Assembly: GCA_937952265.1 (NCBI GenBank)
Contig: CALFYW010000055.1
Coordinates: 149,030 to 213,029 of the forward strand
Direction of reading: 5' to 3'
From: an uncultured bacterium
Lineage (GTDB): Bacteria; Patescibacteriota; Minisyncoccia; Phycocordibacterales; GCA-2401445
DNA: 64,000 nucleotides
The notes beneath the pieces are model-generated. The model was given only the letters and a program-made list of their open reading frames with translations. It searched no databases and was not told the DNA's origin. Shown here piece after piece: positions 59,442 to 64,000 of the stretch. Position numbers and translations under genes: made by a program. The first letter of the stretch is position 1. Every line of letters starts with the position of its first letter.

Positions 59442-60875
59442 CTACCCTCCCAATTTTTCTCTTAACAAGGTTTGCAATTTTTGAGGATTTGCGCTTCCCT
59501 TGCTTGCTTTCATTCCCTGTCCAACAAGAAACTGAAGGGAGGCGTCTTTACCTGTCCGATAACTTTCGGCGACCTCTTTATGTGTTTCGAGTATTTCTTC
59601 AACCAACTCTTCAAGTTTATCTGAGTCATTCTCCTGTAGAAGAGATGATTCTCTCGCAATAAGTTCAGGATATCCTCCTTGCTCATACATAATTTTCAAA
59701 ATATCTTTCGCTCCCCGAGAAGAAATCTCTCCATGAAGCGCCATGTGAATCAACTGAGCAAATGATTCGGAAGAAATTGTATTTGGTAAATCAAAATCAT
59801 CTTCCCCCGCTCTTTCTCGGAGCATTCCGAAAAGATCACTCACCATATAATTGACTGCGGTGCGAACAAAATCTTTTTGATCCTCTTTTCCTTCCCAGAC
59901 TTTCTCAAGAAAATCAGAAAAAATTTTATTACGTACCAAGATCTCACTCTGCTCAAGAGATATGCCGAGTTTCTGATACCGCGATCGCCGTTCCTCTGGA
60001 AGCTCCGGAATTGTCTTTTTTATGGAATTAATATCGAACTCTTTTATGTCCCCAAATACAATACGAGGGAGATCAGGATCCGGGAAATAGCGATAATCTT
60101 CAGAACTCTCTTTTTTTCGTTGCGCGATAGTCTTCTGCTTCGCTTCATCCCATCCACGCGTCTCTTGCACTACCAATTCTCCTCCCTCGAGTAATGATTC
60201 CTGGCGTTTCTGCTCAAACGCTATCGCGCGTTCAACCGCTCGGAATGAATTTAAGTTTTTCACCTCAACCTTAGTGCCTAATACATTCTTCTGAGAAGAA
60301 AGTGAGATATTTGCCTCAATACGCATCTCGCCCTTCTCCATGTTCGCATCACTAATTCCAAGATAACGCAACAATAACTGGAGCTCTTTCGCAAAATAGA
60401 CTGCCTGTTGAGAGGAAGTGATGACTGGCTCAGTTACAAGCTCCATGAGAGGAACTCCAGCACGATTAAAATCGACGAGACTTGACCCATCGCCCACATG
60501 AAGAGAGCGCGCCGTATCTTCCTCAAGGTGAATACGAGTGATAGCAACACCCGCAAGCAATCCCTCTGATACAAGCGGGTATGCATACTGGCTAATTTGA
60601 TATCCTTTAGGGATATCTGGATAAAAATAATTCTTCCTTTCGAAATAAGTTTCAGGCGCAATTTTACCTTTAACCGCACACCCTATGGCAAGAACACTCG
60701 CCACTGCTTTTTTATTGATGGTGGGAAGCGTCCCCGGATGCGCCATACATATGGGACAAATATGAATATTGGGTTCTTGTTCATGGGGGTTATTGCGAGA
60801 TGCGCAAAACATTTTTGTGTTTGTTTTGAGTTCCGCGTGAATTTCAAGACCAATAGTGGTGTAATAGGTAGTCAT
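59442..60875 (-). CDS. gatB: Asp-tRNA(Asn)/Glu-tRNA(Gln) amidotransferase subunit B
   Basis: IGLEIHAELKTNTKMFC N-terminus and conserved GatB core. 477 aa. Confidence 0.93.
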   Translation of the reverse strand: MTTYYTTIGLEIHAELKTNTKMFCASRNNPHEQEPNIHICPICMAHPGTLPTINKKAVASVLAIGCAVKGKIAPETYFERKNYFYPDIPKGYQISQYAYPLVSEGLLAGVAITRIHLEEDTARSLHVGDGSSLVDFNRAGVPLMELVTEPVITSSQQAVYFAKELQLLLRYLGISDANMEKGEMRIEANISLSSQKNVLGTKVEVKNLNSFRAVERAIAFEQKRQESLLEGGELVVQETRGWDEAKQKTIAQRKKESSEDYRYFPDPDLPRIVFGDIKEFDINSIKKTIPELPEERRSRYQKLGISLEQSEILVRNKIFSDFLEKVWEGKEDQKDFVRTAVNYMVSDLFGMLRERAGEDDFDLPNTISSESFAQLIHMALHGEISSRGAKDILKIMYEQGGYPELIARESSLLQENDSDKLEELVEEILETHKEVAESYRTGKDASLQFLVGQGMKASKGSANPQKLQTLLREKLGG

Positions 60876-60878
60876 GAA

Positions 60879-61799
60879 TTAATGATGATTTAATGCAAGC
60901 GCTTTTTGAGCAAGCAATATCGCTCCCTCGCGAGATCGGGCAGCAGCACGAAACCGCTTATTGTGGCAAAATACCGCATCCGAAACCCCGCTAATATCCG
61001 CAAGTTCCGCATCTCGTTTTCCCGCCCATGTTACTGGAAAAGGGTGACGATGATCAAATGAACGGGGTTCCGTTCTTACTGCCGCAATCTTCCAATAACC
61101 TGTTTTGCCTAGATCGGGTTGAATAACATAAAGCGGTTCAAGTTTTGAGGAAAGCACTCGTTCCCATGGAAAATTTTTTTCAAGAATAATGATCCTTTTG
61201 TCAGGAGTACGCTCATATGCCTCAATCACGTACTGCTCTGCTTTATGACTTGCGTTGGTATGGAGAATTTCACGATCGAGCACTAGTTTTGCAAGCTCAA
61301 GAGCTTTCATAAATGCTCGATCATAATCCTCATCACTTTTCGCCTCTTCCCAGGTAGGGCGCAAGATATACATAATATCTTGAATAAGATACGGGTAAAG
61401 GTCCTCATTCATTGACTCAAAGATACTCACTCCATTATCGAGCGCGTCAATAGGCTGTATTAGTTCACGATCAAGTTCTTGAGCTACTTTTTGGGAACCG
61501 GTTCGAATGGCTCCATAATGTTTCCAAACCAATCCAAATGATGCATAAGGAATCCCATTCTCACGAGCTCCCGCACCTGCTTCTTGGTGGTGGTCAAAAC
61601 GATTCTTCTCTGGGTCATATACCGCTCCTACATCGACCACCATGTCTCCTTTTTGAATATGGTGAGGATCTCTGGTTCGTATAATCTCTACTTGATTCTC
61701 TCCGAGGCGCTCAATATCAGGAAGAGAAAGCAGTACTGCTACCGCAAAGACGTCATCTGCATGAAAAACACCGCTATGAGTAATAATGGTTTTTTTCAT
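60879..61799 (-). CDS. MYG1/UPF0160-family metal-dependent hydrolase
   Basis: The N-terminal ITHSGVFHADDVFAV motif is characteristic of the MYG1 family. Confidence 0.75.
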   Translation of the reverse strand: MKKTIITHSGVFHADDVFAVAVLLSLPDIERLGENQVEIIRTRDPHHIQKGDMVVDVGAVYDPEKNRFDHHQEAGAGARENGIPYASFGLVWKHYGAIRTGSQKVAQELDRELIQPIDALDNGVSIFESMNEDLYPYLIQDIMYILRPTWEEAKSDEDYDRAFMKALELAKLVLDREILHTNASHKAEQYVIEAYERTPDKRIIILEKNFPWERVLSSKLEPLYVIQPDLGKTGYWKIAAVRTEPRSFDHRHPFPVTWAGKRDAELADISGVSDAVFCHNKRFRAAARSREGAILLAQKALALNHH

Positions 61800-61800
61800 A

Positions 61801-62175
61801 CTAATAGTAATGAATTACGGAGGATCTATCTTGAGTACGTTGTATAAATTTGTCCCCTAGCCACTTCACTACTGACACGAACAATGCTCCGAGAAAAGCG
61901 GATCCAAAACCACTTACCAAGAATCCTTCTACGAACGAAGCCACAAACCAAAAAAGGAGTGCGTTAATCACGAGTGTAAAGAGGCCGAGGGTTAAAATGG
62001 AGAGAGGTAGTGTGAGTAGTATAAATAATGGCCGAAGCGTGAGGTTAACGATACCTAAAATTATCGCGACAATGAGCGCAATATAAAAATTCACTACCTC
62101 AATTCCTGGTAGTACTGTTTGCGCTAAGAGAAGCGCGAGTGCCACAATAAACCATCGAGCAATAAGTGTTGCCAT
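61801..62175 (-). CDS. DUF360 / phage-holin-4-like four-TM membrane protein
   Basis: 124 aa, four hydrophobic helices. Pattern similar to YvlD/DUF360 proteins. Confidence 0.65.
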   Translation of the reverse strand: MATLIARWFIVALALLLAQTVLPGIEVVNFYIALIVAIILGIVNLTLRPLFILLTLPLSILTLGLFTLVINALLFWFVASFVEGFLVSGFGSAFLGALFVSVVKWLGDKFIQRTQDRSSVIHYY

Positions 62176-62200
62176 ATGTGTGATATATTAACAATCCTTT

Positions 62201-63985
62201 TTAGCGAATTCGCAAAGGGTAGCAGACATTACAGACACCGAAGACTTCGAGCTTTTCAAGAAATTTAATTACCGTTAACACGAACTCGGAATGGCTCCAC
62301 GTAAGTGGCGAGACAGATACTTGCTCACCCGTAAATGGATTAATTTGTTCCGAGAGCATTCCGCTTGAAAGTGCGTGTCGGAGAACCCAATCAAGCGTCT
62401 CGCGAACCTCTTCAAGCTCTTGAGGAGTCTCCGCTGACTGAATTTGATACTGTGCAACCCAGAGAGTCGTAATAAACCAAGGATTTCCAGGAATCCCTGA
62501 ACCCTGAGTAAAATAACGATCTCCTTGATATCGTGCAATCCCGCCCTCCTTAGTATGACAAGCGAGTTCTTTTTTGACAACCTTATATGCTTCTTTAAGT
62601 AATGGATCATGGTGGGTAAGCACTCCAAACCGAAATACCCCATAAAAACTAGACGTGTCAATTGTGGTGTCGTATCGCTTCTCTCCACGCGAATCCACAT
62701 TGATTAGTTTATAAAAATAGCCGGCTTCTTTATGTACTAAGTGTTTTAAAATCGCTTCTTTTATGGTACTGCTCTCATGCCGATACCGATCGCGATCTTC
62801 TTCTTTTCCCAAGAGATCAGCAAAACGAGCAGCGGCCTCAAGTCCCCCGTAGACCGAACATGCGGTATAAGTGCTTATACCGTATTTTTCTTCCCACAAA
62901 TCATAACTTGGAGCAGGCAACTTGGTATGAGGTTCTCGGTATACGACAAGAAAATCAGCAACCTTTTGAATCAAGCTATTATAGATGCTCTCAATAAACT
63001 CAAGATCCTTCGTGACTAAATAATGCTCCCAGAGTGTTACCAAAATTAACGCGGTCTCATCTTCTTGAATGGCAAGTTGCTTTCTTCCCTCTTTATCAAC
63101 CCAAGGATGCCATGAACTGCCGAGAGAGAAATCCGCTCGATACTTATGAAGCAAATATCCTTCAGGAGTTAAAACGGTATTGATAAACTTATAGAATCGG
63201 GCCGCAAGGTCAAAATAACCCGCCTTATCTAATGCGAGCGCAATATAAGCTCCGTCACGAGGCCAGAGATATCCGTATGTATCAAGCCCATATTGAAAAA
63301 TATCCGAATCCCCCGAAGCAATAAGCGCCCCGTGATTATCAGCATGGGCCCGAATAATAAAGAGGGATTTTTTAAATAACGCTTCGATTTCAGGGGAAAG
63401 ATATTTGAAGACGAAATTCCTTTTATTTACCCACGCATGCCAGAAATCACTAGTGGTTTTAATAAGATGCGCGGGGGTTTTACTCAGAATATAATTATTG
63501 AGTTCGCATACATCTTGAATAAGTTCTGCGCTGAGAACCCAATAATAAAATTCCCATGTACCACCAGGAGAAAGAGACTCACTGAAACCGATGGTCGAAT
63601 CAACGGACCCATGCTCAATTGGATTCCTTGAGAGTGCTCCTGTCTCTGCTTCCTTCCACGTACCTTCTTTCCCATGAGCATGCATAATGCCAACACTGAA
63701 TTCATCGATGTGCTTCTCTCCATTCATGCCAGAAACCAAAAATACCCGCCTGCCTTTATAATGCACGACTGCGTGGCGATCAGGGTCATAGTATGCGGTT
63801 AATGCGGAACTTGTCTCACTAATACGAAATTGTTGATTGAAAAAGATTTTAATATCTCGCTTCTCTTTCGCTAAATTCTTTACACGGACATTTCGTATAA
63901 AAATATTGCTTTCATTATATACGGCATCAGTAAAAGAGAGTGCTAATTGCAACTTCTCATTGTGCGCATGAATATCGCCCACCAT
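62201..63985 (-). CDS. Glycoside hydrolase family 15 (glucoamylase/glucodextranase-like); the reading frame stays open to the window end, so the true N-terminus may lie beyond 64000
   Basis: (alpha/alpha)6 catalytic-domain motifs (GYLWPRDGAYIALAL, LWEE...GISTYT). Translation upstream of Met-63985 remains open to position 64000. Confidence 0.85.
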   Translation of the reverse strand: MVGDIHAHNEKLQLALSFTDAVYNESNIFIRNVRVKNLAKEKRDIKIFFNQQFRISETSSALTAYYDPDRHAVVHYKGRRVFLVSGMNGEKHIDEFSVGIMHAHGKEGTWKEAETGALSRNPIEHGSVDSTIGFSESLSPGGTWEFYYWVLSAELIQDVCELNNYILSKTPAHLIKTTSDFWHAWVNKRNFVFKYLSPEIEALFKKSLFIIRAHADNHGALIASGDSDIFQYGLDTYGYLWPRDGAYIALALDKAGYFDLAARFYKFINTVLTPEGYLLHKYRADFSLGSSWHPWVDKEGRKQLAIQEDETALILVTLWEHYLVTKDLEFIESIYNSLIQKVADFLVVYREPHTKLPAPSYDLWEEKYGISTYTACSVYGGLEAAARFADLLGKEEDRDRYRHESSTIKEAILKHLVHKEAGYFYKLINVDSRGEKRYDTTIDTSSFYGVFRFGVLTHHDPLLKEAYKVVKKELACHTKEGGIARYQGDRYFTQGSGIPGNPWFITTLWVAQYQIQSAETPQELEEVRETLDWVLRHALSSGMLSEQINPFTGEQVSVSPLTWSHSEFVLTVIKFLEKLEVFGVCNVCYPLRIR

Positions 63986-64000
63986 TGTCTCAGGGGCATA

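Overview
This is a gene-dense, AT-rich (roughly 40% GC) bacterial chromosomal window, mostly transcribed on the minus strand. Its traits fit a small-genome Patescibacteria/CPR-like organism: shortened housekeeping proteins, a split transketolase, a sortase with an adjacent substrate, a type IV pilin-like protein, a non-oxidative pentose-phosphate block, and archaeal-type AspRS plus GatB. That lineage call is an inference from gene content only. Core content runs from a dcw fragment (ftsW, mraY, dacA-like) through scpA/scpB, aspS, trpS, a lipid-acylation cluster with a sensor kinase, and a disrupted radical-SAM gene next to a DsbA-like oxidoreductase. After a UvrD-nuclease there is an unusual contiguous rpoB-rpoC-dnaG-rpoD block, then rpsP-KH-trmD, rnr, smc, rnc, a NusB-Nudix fusion, rpmF, rnhB and a pilin region. 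The second half holds dnaE, a sortase pair, gyrB, pheT-pheS-tRNA-Thr, tsf-rpsB, prfA, rpmE, a coiled-coil lytic transglycosylase, rplY, fba, a PfkB kinase, tktAB-rpe-rpiB, gatB, a MYG1-like gene and a GH15 glycosidase. Two regions stand out. The first is a roughly 0.9 kb GC-rich (55-67% GC) single-gene expression unit, precisely bracketed by strong hairpin terminators and a host-style promoter, between the sortase operon and gyrB; its Trp-rich 190-aa product has no function I can recognise. The second is a 2.7 kb segment flanked by a 26-bp perfect direct repeat; it carries a monomeric mitochondrial-type PheRS-like paralog (class II core fused to an FDX-ACB anticodon-binding domain) and a divergent unknown gene, even though canonical pheS/pheT are also present. 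Other notable items are an OlsB-like/OlsA-like/methyltransferase aminolipid cluster, a sortase with a repeat-containing substrate, tandem small membrane-protein paralogs, and a DnaG that has lost its zinc-ribbon cysteines. I found no CRISPR array, rRNA or obvious IS element.
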